In this document: in pieces, positions 62,790 through 64,000 of the stretch
Layout of the letters: each line of letters begins with the position of its first letter
Position numbering within the stretch: position 1 is the stretch's first letter
Source: Pavona decussata
Taxonomy: Eukaryota
Reading direction: 5' to 3'
Length of the DNA: 64,000 nucleotides
Assembly (NCBI GenBank): GCA_977016875.1
Contig: CDRNST010000185.1
Location: forward strand, 558,001-622,000
Program-made: the position numbers and the translations under genes
The notes under the pieces: generated by a model
The model's database searches: none
Told to the model about the DNA's origin: nothing
What the model saw: the letters and a program-made list of their open reading frames with translations, nothing else

Positions 62790-64000
62790 AGATCTTCCAA
62801 GCCTTTTAATCGCTGTCTTTTTTCCAAGGTTCCTGCTTTACTTTGTTCTTTATTCAATTGTTTCTGTTGTTTTTAATTTGCTTTACTGGGAGTTAATATA
62901 CATTAACATCAATTTTTATAACTTCAGAACAACGGGGCTGGTATTTCGAAGTTCCTGCAAGATCATGCAAGGACATCCAGGAGTATGGTACCTCTAAGGG
63001 AGATGGGGAGTACTGGATCAACCCTGGATGGAGTGGCGATCCATTGAAAGTTTACTGCGACATGACTACTGACGGAGGTGAGGATCAAAAACTTTCCACC
63101 TCACCCATTTTCCTGCGTGAACGTGTTAAAAGTCGATTACCTCGACTGCGCTTCTCGGCACATCCGATGGAAGCTATGAACTAAAAAAAAAAGGTTTTTT
63201 CCCTTTTTGTTTTCTTTGGAAGAAAACCTCGACATACAGCACGGGGACATTTTTCCAAGTGTTCCTCGCACACGAGTCCTAATAACAATCTTGTTGCAAG
63301 CCAAGACATCATGTGTACTTTAAATACGATTAGTATTGTTTTTGGGTGTCTGGTAACGTGAGGTTAGAGCAGATTTCTTTTCTATCCGTGAGCAATTTTT
63401 TGAGACAAAGTAAGCTAACAAAATTTTCGTTCAAAATCACATTTTTTTGAACAAATATTTAATAGCAATTTTATGCAAACTTTCCCGTCGTTTTTAAGAG
63501 AAAATCATGAGTCCAAGCCAAATTTAATTCGATTTAACGACCATATTAATGAAGAAGGTAAACTCGGAGAAAACATATTTCAATGTTTGGCGGATTTGCA
63601 AATATGAAATAAAATCTAGTTTTCTGCAAGAAATAGAGGTTGCCGAACACAGTTTTCAAGTATACAGGTGTTAGTAAACGTTATTTACATACCAAGTAGT
63701 TCTAGGTGCCCCAGCATGGTGGGATAGCAGGGGGTGGCATGGTGCAAGATTAACTTAGAAAGAATGTACTTTGCTACTTGTTGTTAAACTAGGCAGCGTT
63801 ACCATGGCAACGAACAAGTTATTTATCGCCCAAGAATAAAATGTTTTCTTTATTTTTAGAAAATGCAATCCCTATATTTTGTCCATTTTGTATCTCCAGG
63901 AAAACTCCTAAAATACTTTACCTTAAAAAAACAGTTCATTTGCATTAAAACCAATCAACATTTTTTTGTCAAATGAGCATGCAATGCTTCAATTGGGTTT
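62790..64000 (+). repeat. Direct segmental duplication of ~40490-41820 (exon plus following intron)
   Basis: Colinear similarity from aggttcctgctt through to aattgggttt. Confidence 0.9.
62928..63077 (+). CDS. Gene C exon: fibrinogen/intelectin-like N-terminal subdomain (last exon expected beyond window)
   Basis: cttcag|QRGWYFEVPARSCKDIQEYGTSKGDGEYWINPGWSGDPLKVYCDMTTDG|gtgagg; paralog of 40606-40755. Confidence 0.88.

Overview
This is AT-rich, repeat-dense eukaryotic DNA with GT-AG introns and two assembly gaps (20859-21426 and 60728-60889). The repeat and gene content suggest a cnidarian, probably a stony coral (inference). Three spliced genes for secreted proteins can be reconstructed, mostly from phase-1 exons. 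Gene A (minus) is signal peptide, coiled coil, Ig, and probably a 7-repeat EAR/EPTP propeller. Gene B (plus) is signal peptide, PAN/apple, EGF, a fibrinogen-like start and an unrecognised C-terminal domain. Gene C (plus, running off the window) is a chimera: an inverted copy of the 5' half of gene A, a second Ig exon, and the fibrinogen-like 3' part of gene B. It carries the signal exons of both parents. The rest is nested mobile DNA. A head-to-tail array of a Penelope-like RT element lacks a GIY-YIG endonuclease, has a hammerhead-like motif just upstream of its ATG, and sits inside a BEL/Pao relic. Two GIY-YIG Penelope 3' stubs each carry a minimal hammerhead. Also present are a Gypsy gag relic with LTR and PBS, an L1/Tx1 LINE, CR1/L2 tails, a decayed DNA-transposon-like ORF, many MITEs, tRNA-derived repeats and a ~122-bp satellite. 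All calls were made by eye and edges may be off by a few bases.
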